A stretch of 24,000 nt of DNA, from assembly GCA_031277795.1 (NCBI GenBank), contig JAITLQ010000015.1, positions 193,667 through 217,666 of the forward strand. Reading direction: 5' to 3'. Both the position numbers and the translations under genes were made by a program. Position 1 is the first letter of the stretch; each line of letters begins with the position of its first letter. The notes below the pieces were generated by a model. It did no database searches, had not been told where the DNA came from, and saw only the letters and a list, made by a program, of their open reading frames with translations. Of the stretch, positions 14,386 to 21,521 are shown in pieces. The DNA comes from Arthrobacter sp. Lineage in GTDB: Bacteria; Actinomycetota; Actinomycetes; Actinomycetales; Micrococcaceae.

Positions 14386-15247
14386 GCTCTTCGGCCGTCC
14401 GGAGCATCTCGTCGATGGAGCCCTCGGGGTCGGTAATGGGGGCCTGCGCGGCGCGGATGATCCCGGCGTCGTCAACGAGGAGCGAGACGCGCTTGTAGCG
14501 TTCAAGCCCGCCGACCCTGAAGACGGGCAGGCGCAGGGCCACGGCGAGCTCGGCGTCGGCGTCGGAGAGCAAGGGGTAGTTCAGGCCGGCGTGCTCGGCG
14601 AAGCGCGCCTGCTGCTCGCTGCGCTGAGTGCTGATGCCGAAGACGCGCACCCCCTGGGCGCGCAGGGCCGGTTCCGCCTCCGCGTAGCTCGTCGCCTCGA
14701 CCGTGCATCCGGCCGTTCCCTCGATGCCGCTCCAGCCGGCGGGGTAGCCGTCCTCGGCGGGGGCGAAGGCTCCGGGAAAGAGGAAGAGGACGCTCCAGGC
14801 GCCCGGCTCGCTCAGGCTGTACCGGGCGCCGTCGTGGCCTTGAAGGCTCAGGGTGGGCACCTTGGTGCCCACGAGCGCTGCGGTGCGCTGTGCCTCGGCG
14901 TCCGTGGGGTGCGCGGTGAGCGTGCCGTCGCCGGCCACGAAGCGGTCCCCCCATTCCTGTAGGGCCAGGAGGACGGGCAGGGAGGCGCGGCCCATGGCGG
15001 TGAGGTCGTACTCGTAGCGCGGCGGGTGCTCTTGGTAGGCGCGGCGCTGGAGGATCCCGTCGGCCTGGAGCGAGGCGAGGGTCTCGGTGAGGGCGCGGCG
15101 GGAGATGCCGAGCGCCTTGGTGATCGCGTCGAAGCGCGTGGTGCCTGCCGCGATTTCGCGCAGGATGAGGAAGCCCCAGCCGTCGCCGAGCACGCCGAGG
15201 GCCTGGGCGATGCCGCAATCGCTGCCGCGCAGTTCGCTCGTGCGCAT
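14375..15247 (-). CDS. Fusion protein: N-terminal HxlR-type winged-helix regulator plus C-terminal Bcp/AhpC-TSA-like peroxiredoxin (redoxin) domain
   Basis: ATG at 15247 is preceded by GAAGGAG. The HxlR signature is DCGIAQALGVLGDGWGFLILREI...TRFDAI...GISRRALTETLASLQADGILQR...YEYDLT. The Prx signature is WSVLFLFPGAF...GTAGCTVEA...VRVFGISTQRSEQQARFAEHAGLNYPLLSD...RVSLLVD. Confidence 0.8.
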   Translation of the reverse strand: MRTSELRGSDCGIAQALGVLGDGWGFLILREIAAGTTRFDAITKALGISRRALTETLASLQADGILQRRAYQEHPPRYEYDLTAMGRASLPVLLALQEWGDRFVAGDGTLTAHPTDAEAQRTAALVGTKVPTLSLQGHDGARYSLSEPGAWSVLFLFPGAFAPAEDGYPAGWSGIEGTAGCTVEATSYAEAEPALRAQGVRVFGISTQRSEQQARFAEHAGLNYPLLSDADAELAVALRLPVFRVGGLERYKRVSLLVDDAGIIRAAQAPITDPEGSIDEMLRTAEELMA

Positions 15248-15263
15248 GGACGCTCCTTCGTTT

Positions 15264-15309
15264 TTGGCGTGGCTTCTCTCCGAGTCTATAGTCAGTTCCA
15301 AATTGGAAC
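15264..15309 (+). promoter_or_regulatory. Candidate MFS promoter (TTGGCG-17nt-TATAGT) followed immediately by the 7-1-7 palindrome GTTCCAA-A-TTGGAAC
   Basis: The -35-like TTGGCG is at 15264-15269, the -10-like TATAGT at 15287-15292, and the perfect palindrome at 15295-15309. All lie in the 79-bp divergent gap between the HxlR-Prx and MFS genes. Confidence 0.5.
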
Positions 15310-15326
15310 CCACTAACGAGGTGCGC

Positions 15327-16715
15327 ATGAGCCAGAACGGACAACCCGGGCTGCAGGACAACGGAATCGCGAACCCCTCTGAAGACTCAACGGACAACCC
15401 CATTGAAGGGGAGCGCGGCGGGTCAGCGGGCCCCGGCCCGGCCCAGCTCGGCCCGGACCAGCTCGGCCCGGCCCAGCGCTTCCGGCGCTACTGGACCTCG
15501 CGCACGGCGGGCTCGCTCGCCGCTTCGGTGACCTCGGTGTCGCTCTCGCTGCTGGCCGTGGTGCAGTTGCAGGCCGACGCTTCGCTCGTGGGGGTCGTGG
15601 CCGCCGCACAGGACGCCGCCTGGCTGCTGCTCTCCCTGCCCATCGGTGCCGTGCTGCACCGCCTGCCGATGCGGGCCCTCCAGATCGCGGTGGACCTGGC
15701 CAGGGCCGGGATCGCGCTGGCGCTCGTCGCGGCCGCCGTGGGCGGGCTGCTCGGCCTGCCCCAGCTGTTGCTCTCCGCGGCGCTCCTGGGCGTCGCCGCC
15801 GTGATCTTCGACCTCGCCAACCAGTCCTACCTGCCGCGGATCGTCCCCGCCGAGGAGCTGCAGCGCCGCAACTCAACGATCTCGGCGACCGACGCCGTCA
15901 CCACGATGGGCGGCGGCGGCCTCGCGGGGTTCCTGGCCCAGGCGGTTGGTGCCGCGGGGGCGCTGCTCGTCTCCGCCGTGGGTTCCGTCGTCTCGGCGCT
16001 GGCGCTGCGCTCGCTGCCGGCAGGACGGCAGGCGGGCGGCCAGGAGGGAGAGTCGGCGGGCGCCGCGGGCGCCGAGCCCGCACCACGCGAGCCGATGCTC
16101 GCCGCCATCGCCACGGGCTGGCGCTACGTCATGGGCCACCGGGTGCTGCGTCCCGCCACGCTCTCTGTCACGGTGCTCAACTTCCTCTGCGGCGCCCAGC
16201 TCACGCTCTTCCCGCTCTTCCTGGTCCGCGAGCTCCGCCTGCCCGTGGGCTGGGTGGGCCTGCTCCTCGCCTCGGACGGCGTGGGCTCGCTGATCGGCGC
16301 GGTCCTCGCCACGCGCGTCGCGGCTCGGTGGGGCACGGCGAGGGCCAGCGTCATCGCCACATGTGTGGTGGTGGTCGGTGCGGCGGTCATCCCGCTCGGG
16401 GCGGCGTACGGCGCGGCGATCGGCGCCGCGTTTTTCCTGGCCGGCAATGTGCTCTTCGCCGGGGGCGTGGTGATCATCAGCATCGTGACGCGCACCTACC
16501 GCATGCGAACCACGCCGGAGGAGCTGCTGCCGCGCGTCATCTCTACGGTGCGCTTCGTCTCCTGGGGCGGCATCCCGATCGGGTCGCTCCTGGCCGGCGT
16601 GGCCGCCTCGGCCTGGGGCACGACGGTGTCCCTGTGGGCGTGCGCCGCGATCGCCCTCGGCGGGCCGGCCCTTCTGCTGGCCGCGCGCGCCTTCAGGGTG
16701 CGCGAGCTGGGCTGA
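15327..16715 (+). CDS. MFS transporter (EntS/MFS_3-like exporter type) with a low-complexity N-terminal extension
   Basis: ATG at 15327 is preceded by GAGG. The 462-aa protein has about 12 hydrophobic segments and includes FRRYWTSRTAGSLA.... The track ORF from 15087 is over-extended. Confidence 0.85.
   Translation: MSQNGQPGLQDNGIANPSEDSTDNPIEGERGGSAGPGPAQLGPDQLGPAQRFRRYWTSRTAGSLAASVTSVSLSLLAVVQLQADASLVGVVAAAQDAAWLLLSLPIGAVLHRLPMRALQIAVDLARAGIALALVAAAVGGLLGLPQLLLSAALLGVAAVIFDLANQSYLPRIVPAEELQRRNSTISATDAVTTMGGGGLAGFLAQAVGAAGALLVSAVGSVVSALALRSLPAGRQAGGQEGESAGAAGAEPAPREPMLAAIATGWRYVMGHRVLRPATLSVTVLNFLCGAQLTLFPLFLVRELRLPVGWVGLLLASDGVGSLIGAVLATRVAARWGTARASVIATCVVVVGAAVIPLGAAYGAAIGAAFFLAGNVLFAGGVVIISIVTRTYRMRTTPEELLPRVISTVRFVSWGGIPIGSLLAGVAASAWGTTVSLWACAAIALGGPALLLAARAFRVRELG
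15434..15478 (+). repeat. In-frame 15-bp tandem repeat x3 inside the MFS N-terminus
   Basis: The units are CGGCCCGGCCCAGCT / CGGCCCGGACCAGCT / CGGCCCGGCCCAGCG, encoding GPAQL-GPDQL-GPAQR. Confidence 0.9.
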
Positions 16716-16754
16716 TCCCTGGCGGCGGGGCGGGAGGGCGGTTAGCTTGGGGGC

Positions 16755-17618
16755 ATGCTTCCAGCCCACGAACCCACCCTGCGCGGCGAGGGTGTGGTGC
16801 TTCGGCGCCACACGCACGACGATGCGGCGCTCGTCCGCGCCGCCGGCGCGGACGCGTACATCACCTCGGTGACGACGGTGCCCCCGGCACCGGCGAGCGA
16901 CGCCGAGGTGGTCGCTTACATCGCCAGGCAGCACTCGCGGCTGCCAGCGGGCCAGGGCGTGCAGCTCGTCATCGAGGATCAGGCGTCGGGCGTGGCCGTG
17001 GGGCAGATTGGGCTCATGGTCAAGGGTGTCCACCGGGCCGCGATCGGCTACTGGGTGGACCCCGGCGCGCGGCGGCGGGGCTACGCGGGGCGGGCCGCGA
17101 GGGTCCTCAGCGCGTGGGCGCTCGGCCTGCCCGGGCTACACCGGCTCGAGGCGAGCGTTGAACCGTGGAACGAGGGCTCGATGCGCGCCGTCGAGTCAGC
17201 TGGTTTCGTCCGGGAGGGCGTGGCGGCCAACTGGGAGCTCGTCGCCGGCGAGCCCAGGGACATGGTCATCTACGCGAAGGTCCCGGACGGGCACCGCGGC
17301 TGGGAAGCTCAGGCGCGGGAGTTCCAGACCGGCATGCCGCTGACCGAATGGAACGAAGCGGACCGAGAGGGGCGACTCACCTTGCAGTTGTGGGCGGTGG
17401 GGAGCGGGGAAGACGCCCTCCTTCGCCTGGCCCGCGGGGAGGAGCTCACCGACGCGGATCTCCTGTACCTAGCCTGGCTCAATTCGCTCGCCATCGAGAC
17501 CGGCTACCGCCCGCCGTGTGCCATCACCCCCGGCGGCGCGCGGATCGACGATGTGGCGCAGGAGATCCTTCTCAAGCGCTTCGGCCCCACCGGCACCCAC
17601 GTGCCGGGCGTCGACTGA
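16755..17618 (+). CDS. GNAT family N-acetyltransferase (RimJ/RimL-like) with an uncharacterised C-terminal extension of about 110 aa
   Basis: The GNAT core is LRGEGVVLRRHTHDD...IGYWVDPGARRRGYAGRAARVLSAWAL...HRLEASVEPWNEGSMRAVESAGFVREG. The reading frame then continues for about 110 residues with no family I recognise. Confidence 0.85.
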   Translation: MLPAHEPTLRGEGVVLRRHTHDDAALVRAAGADAYITSVTTVPPAPASDAEVVAYIARQHSRLPAGQGVQLVIEDQASGVAVGQIGLMVKGVHRAAIGYWVDPGARRRGYAGRAARVLSAWALGLPGLHRLEASVEPWNEGSMRAVESAGFVREGVAANWELVAGEPRDMVIYAKVPDGHRGWEAQAREFQTGMPLTEWNEADREGRLTLQLWAVGSGEDALLRLARGEELTDADLLYLAWLNSLAIETGYRPPCAITPGGARIDDVAQEILLKRFGPTGTHVPGVD

Positions 17619-17622
17619 CCCA

Positions 17623-17725
17623 GCCACCCGCCGTCGGGCACCGAAAGACCAAGATCGGAGTGCCTTGGGTACGCTTTTTGGCCAAAAAGCGTACCCAAGG
17701 CACTCCGATCCTGGGGGAAAACGGG
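17623..17725 (+). repeat. Palindromic intergenic element, copy 1 (REP/MITE-like): conserved flank plus perfect 58-bp palindrome
   Basis: The structure is GCCACCCGCCGTCGGGCAC (17623-17641), then 11 nt, then GATCGGAGTGCCTTGGGTACGCTTTTTGG|CCAAAAAGCGTACCCAAGGCACTCCGATC (17653-17710), then CTGGGGGAAAA. It starts 5 nt after the GNAT stop, between convergent genes. Confidence 0.9.
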
Positions 17726-17864
17726 GAAGGGCAGGCGCCCCGTGGTGGTGACGACCCCACGCAGCCGGGCAAGAGCCCGACGGCGCGTGGTTGCCACCGC
17801 GCGAGGCAAGGGTCCGCACCCCTGCGCCTCGCCACGGGGCGCCCGCCCGGTTGAGGGGCGACGC

Positions 17865-18932
17865 CTAGACGTCGATCGCGAGCTTCGCGGAGAGCGCGCG
17901 CGAAACGCACACGAGCATGCACCCGCCCGTGGCGCGCTCGGCCTCGGTGTAGAGGTCGTCGCGGTGGTCCACCTCGCCGTCAACGACCCGCACCTCGCAC
18001 GTGCCGCAGAAGCCCATCTCGCAGGAGCTCGGGTGGTCAACGCCGGCGCGGCGGATGGCCTCGAGGGCCGTCTCGTCGGCGCCGACCTCGACCTCGAGCC
18101 CCGAGGCGGTCAGCGCCAGCGTGAACCCGCCGGAGCCGTCCGTCGCCACGGCCACGGGGGCCGGCGCGAAGAGCTCGAGGTGTAGGTCGTCGGCGCGGCC
18201 GGCGTCCTCCATCAGACCCGTCAGCGCGTTCATGAGCCCGCCGGGCCCGCAGCAGTACACCTGCGCGCCAGTGCTGCCGGCCACGACGGCCGCGAGGTCC
18301 GGGTGGCCGGCCACGTCCTGCGGCACGAGCACCACATTCTCTCCGCCAAACTCCATGAGCTCGGCCAGGAAGGCGAAGTGATCGTTGGATCGCGCGGCGT
18401 AGACGAGTCGCCACGGCTTGCCGGCCCGTTGCACCTCGCGCGCCATGGCCAGCATGGGCGTGATGCCGATGCCGCCGGCCACGAACACGTACTTCTCGGC
18501 GTCCTCGAGCTCGAAGTTGTTGCGCGGGGCGGAGACGGTCAGCTCCACGCCGGCCCGCAGCTCGCGGTGCACCTCGCGGGAACCGCCGCGGCCGTCCACC
18601 ACCTCCAGCACGCCGATCCGATAGTGCGAAAGATCGGAGGGATCCGAGCAGAGCGAATACTGGCGCACCACCCCGGAGTGCAGGTGCACGTCCAGGTGCG
18701 ATCCCACGCTCCACGCGGGCAGCGTGCCCCCGCCTACCGGCACCAGCTCGTACGAGGTGATGCCGGCGGCCGTGCGGCGCGTGCCCTCCACGCGCACCAC
18801 GAAGGTGGCAGCGCGCTCCGAACCCGGCCCCACGCCGTCGGGCAGCAGCCCCGAAGCGGGCTCAACGTCTGAAGCGGGCGCAGCATCTGCGGCGGGCGCC
18901 GTGGCGCCCGGCCGCTCCGTCACTGTGGTCAC
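17865..18932 (-). CDS. PDR/VanB-type oxidoreductase (flavin reductase domain plus plant-type [2Fe-2S] ferredoxin domain)
   Basis: RQYSLCS is the flavin-binding RxYS motif and GGIGITPMLAM the NAD(P)H-binding motif. The C-terminal CEMGFCGTCE...MLVCVS supplies the cluster cysteines. The GTG start at 18932 lies 5 nt after the oxygenase stop. Confidence 0.9.
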   Translation of the reverse strand: MTTVTERPGATAPAADAAPASDVEPASGLLPDGVGPGSERAATFVVRVEGTRRTAAGITSYELVPVGGGTLPAWSVGSHLDVHLHSGVVRQYSLCSDPSDLSHYRIGVLEVVDGRGGSREVHRELRAGVELTVSAPRNNFELEDAEKYVFVAGGIGITPMLAMAREVQRAGKPWRLVYAARSNDHFAFLAELMEFGGENVVLVPQDVAGHPDLAAVVAGSTGAQVYCCGPGGLMNALTGLMEDAGRADDLHLELFAPAPVAVATDGSGGFTLALTASGLEVEVGADETALEAIRRAGVDHPSSCEMGFCGTCEVRVVDGEVDHRDDLYTEAERATGGCMLVCVSRALSAKLAIDV

Positions 18933-18937
18933 GGTGA

Positions 18938-19969
18938 TCAGCCCTGGACCTTGGTCATGAGCTCGTTGAAGCAGCGGCGGTAATTGAGCGTGAAGAGGTC
19001 GGCCGGGACGGAGAACTCCTGGACCTCGGCGTCCCAGGGGATCTCACGCGGGAAGACGCCGTCAACGATCGAAAGGTCCTCGCGGTAGACCATGTCCTCC
19101 ACGCGCAGGCATTCCTCGAGCGAGGCGCCCTTGTAACCCACCTGGTTGGCGACGCCCCAGAAGATCTTGACCTCCTCGTAGGAGACCGGCGACGGGAAGC
19201 CCGCCACGACGCGCTTGCCGAGGCGCTCGTAGTCGTAGGTGATGGAGGCCAGGCCGGGCGCCGAGCAGAAGTAGTGCATCATCGCGTTGCCGTCCTCGGC
19301 CCACTCGCCCGTGGAGGCGTTGAGCGGGCGATCCATCCAGACGTTGAGCCCCTCACGCACGGGCGTCAGCGGCTCCACGACCTCGGGGCTCGGCCCCATC
19401 GAGACCTGGTGCACAAACGGGAAGTGCGCCACGTCGCGGAAGTTCTCCACGGTGATGGCCACGCCCACGGCGGAGTCGAGGATGTCGCCGGCGAGCCACT
19501 CCCATTCAACGCCCTCCCAGTACGGGACCTCGTACACATCGCGGATCGGGTCCTCGAGGACGGTCCAGACGTGGCCGTACTTCAGCTGCACGGGGTAGGT
19601 CTTGATGGCGGCCTGGGGCGGGATCTTCGACTGGTCCTCGAGCGAGGGGACGCGCACGCAGGCACCGTCCGCCGCGCCAAACTGCCAGCCGTGGTACGGG
19701 CAGCCGATCGACTTTTCATGGACGGCGCCGGCGGAGAGATCAGCGCCGCGGTGCGGGCAGCGGCGGTCCTGGACGGCCACGGTGCCGTCGCCCGAGCGGT
19801 AGACGACCAGGTCGACGCCCAGCAGCGTGGCGCGCTGCGGCTTGTCCAGGTCGACGATGCGGGCCACGGGGAACCAGCTCTGGCGCATGGCCTGCTCGGC
19901 GAGCTCGCGCTTGGTGCGCTTGGCCGCCGGGGCGGCGCCGGCCTGCGGGTGAGGGGCGGTGGTGGTCAT
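18938..19969 (-). CDS. Rieske [2Fe-2S] non-haem-iron oxygenase, VanA/PaO-like (class IA monooxygenase/demethylase type)
   Basis: ATG at 19969 is preceded by AGGAG. The Rieske motif is CPHRGADLSAGAVHEKSIGCPYHGWQF and the mononuclear iron motif ENFRDVAHFPFVH (E-x3-D-x2-H-x4-H). The track ORF to 20953 is over-extended. Confidence 0.9.
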   Translation of the reverse strand: MTTTAPHPQAGAAPAAKRTKRELAEQAMRQSWFPVARIVDLDKPQRATLLGVDLVVYRSGDGTVAVQDRRCPHRGADLSAGAVHEKSIGCPYHGWQFGAADGACVRVPSLEDQSKIPPQAAIKTYPVQLKYGHVWTVLEDPIRDVYEVPYWEGVEWEWLAGDILDSAVGVAITVENFRDVAHFPFVHQVSMGPSPEVVEPLTPVREGLNVWMDRPLNASTGEWAEDGNAMMHYFCSAPGLASITYDYERLGKRVVAGFPSPVSYEEVKIFWGVANQVGYKGASLEECLRVEDMVYREDLSIVDGVFPREIPWDAEVQEFSVPADLFTLNYRRCFNELMTKVQG

Positions 19970-19992
19970 GGGGTACTCCTGTGGGTCTGTGG

Positions 19993-20096
19993 GTTTTTTT
20001 CCCCGCTTCGGAGTGGGTTGGGTACAAAAAACGGCCGAAAAGCGTACCGAACCCACTCCGATCCTTGAGGGGGGTGAGTGCCCGGCGGCGGGTGGC
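19993..20096 (-). repeat. Palindromic intergenic element, copy 2 (inverted orientation, partly degenerate)
   Basis: The minus strand reads GCCACCCGCCGCCGGGCAC (20096-20078), then 14 nt, then GATCGGAGTGGGTTCGGTACGCTTTTCGGCCGTTTTTTGTACCCAACCCACTCCGAAGC, then GGGGAAAAAAA. The arms at 20008-20025 and 20044-20061 are 17/18 complementary. It sits between the SDR and Rieske genes. Confidence 0.85.
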
Positions 20097-20118
20097 CGGG
20101 TCGGGCAGGGGAGGCGGC

Positions 20119-20895
20119 TTAGGCGCCCACGACGAGGGCGCCGCCGTTGACGGAGAGGGTCTCGCCCGTCATGAAGGACGCGGCATCGGAGGCGAGGAAC
20201 GCCACGACGGACGCGATCTCCTCCGGCTCGCCCAGTCGACCGAGCGGCACGGCGGCGACCTCCATCTCGTAGGCCTCCTCCGGCACCATGCGCGTGCGGA
20301 TGGCTCCCGGGGCGATGGCGTTCACGAGGATCCCGTCGGCCACGAGGGCCTTGGAGAGCGCCTTCATGAGCGCCAGCTGCGCCGCCTTGGAGGTCATGTA
20401 GCCAAAGGAATGCCCGTCCGGCACCTGCCCCCACTGGGAGGAGATGAAGACGATGCGGCCCACCGAGGACGCTCGCAGCGCCGGCACCGCGGCCCGGGAG
20501 AGGGCGTAGGGCGCCTGCACGTTGACCTTGAAGTAGGCCTCCAACGAGGCCGGCTCGGTCTCCTCGAGCGTGCGGAAGTCGTGCATGATGCCGGCGTTGT
20601 GCACCAGCACGTCCAGAGCGCCGAAGTTCTCCAGCGCCACCGACGCGAGGTGCTCGGGCGCCCCGGCCTCGGTGATGTCGCCGGCCACGGAGGCCACGTC
20701 GGCCCCGGCCGCGCGCAGCTCGTCCGCCGTGCGGGAGAGCTCGTCGGCGTCCAGATCGGCGAGCACCAGGCGGGCGCCCTGGGCGGCCAGAGCGCGGGCG
20801 TGGGCGGCCCCCATGCCGCGGGCGGCCCCGGTGATGAGCGCGACGCGGCCGGAGAGCGGCTTGGCCGCCGCCGCCGAGTTCACTGCCTGGTTCAC
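20119..20895 (-). CDS. Short-chain dehydrogenase/reductase (SDR, FabG-like)
   Basis: TGAARGMG matches the TGxxxGxG motif. NAG and the catalytic YMTSKAA (YxxxK) are present. GTG at 20895 overlaps the upstream stop (GTGA). Confidence 0.92.
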   Translation of the reverse strand: MNQAVNSAAAAKPLSGRVALITGAARGMGAAHARALAAQGARLVLADLDADELSRTADELRAAGADVASVAGDITEAGAPEHLASVALENFGALDVLVHNAGIMHDFRTLEETEPASLEAYFKVNVQAPYALSRAAVPALRASSVGRIVFISSQWGQVPDGHSFGYMTSKAAQLALMKALSKALVADGILVNAIAPGAIRTRMVPEEAYEMEVAAVPLGRLGEPEEIASVVAFLASDAASFMTGETLSVNGGALVVGA

Positions 20896-21365
20896 AGCGC
20901 GGCCGGGTTGCCGGAGGCGATGCCGGCGCTCGCGCCCGCCCCGACGACCGCACCGGACTCGTGCGGTTCGGTCACGTAGATCATGTTGCCGTCCGGGTCG
21001 AAGAACGCGCGGTACTGGTACCAGCGCCCCGAGGGGTGCTCCCATACGGTCTTCTCGCCCGTGACCCACTGGACCTTCCCGTCCAGCTCGGCGTAGGCCT
21101 CGTCGAGGGAATCGACGGCAAACGCGATGGAGTCGTAGCCCTGCGGGTCCTGCTCGTTGATGCCGGTGCGGCGGAAGACCGGGGCCGCGTGCTCGGTGGC
21201 GAAGAGGTACAGGGTGAGGTTGCCGAAATCGATGGCGGCCCACCCCTCCCCGGGCTCGAAGGGCAAGAAGAAGTCCAGGCCAAGGGTCTGCGTGTAGAAC
21301 TCGACCATCTCGTCGAAGTTGTTGGACAGGATGTCCATGTTGTCGATGCGCTTGAGCTTCAGCAC
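20892..21365 (-). CDS. VOC (glyoxalase/bleomycin-resistance/extradiol dioxygenase) family protein
   Basis: GTG at 21365 is preceded by AAAGGAG. LKLKRIDNMDILSNNFDEMVEFYTQTLGL is a typical VOC N-terminus, followed by ...SIAFAVDSLDEAYAEL...FFDPDGNMIYV. The product is 157 aa. Confidence 0.85.
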   Translation of the reverse strand: MLKLKRIDNMDILSNNFDEMVEFYTQTLGLDFFLPFEPGEGWAAIDFGNLTLYLFATEHAAPVFRRTGINEQDPQGYDSIAFAVDSLDEAYAELDGKVQWVTGEKTVWEHPSGRWYQYRAFFDPDGNMIYVTEPHESGAVVGAGASAGIASGNPAAL

Positions 21366-21490
21366 GTCGGCTCCTTTGTTGCTGTTCCCCCGCCCGGTTT
21401 TTGGGCGCAGTGGGGGAGGGACTGATGGGGTGTCGCGTCGGGGACAGTGCCCGACGCCGGGTGCTCGCCTCGGCGAGCGGAAGGCGCGTG

Positions 21491-21513
21491 GGTGCGGGGC
21501 CGGGCCCCGCACC
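21491..21513 (-). terminator. GC-rich hairpin 9 nt downstream of the APC permease stop (candidate U-tract-less terminator/attenuator)
   Basis: The sequence GGTGCGGGGCC-G-GGCCCCGCACC has perfect 11-nt arms. No T-run follows. Confidence 0.4.
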
Positions 21514-21521
21514 TCACGGGC

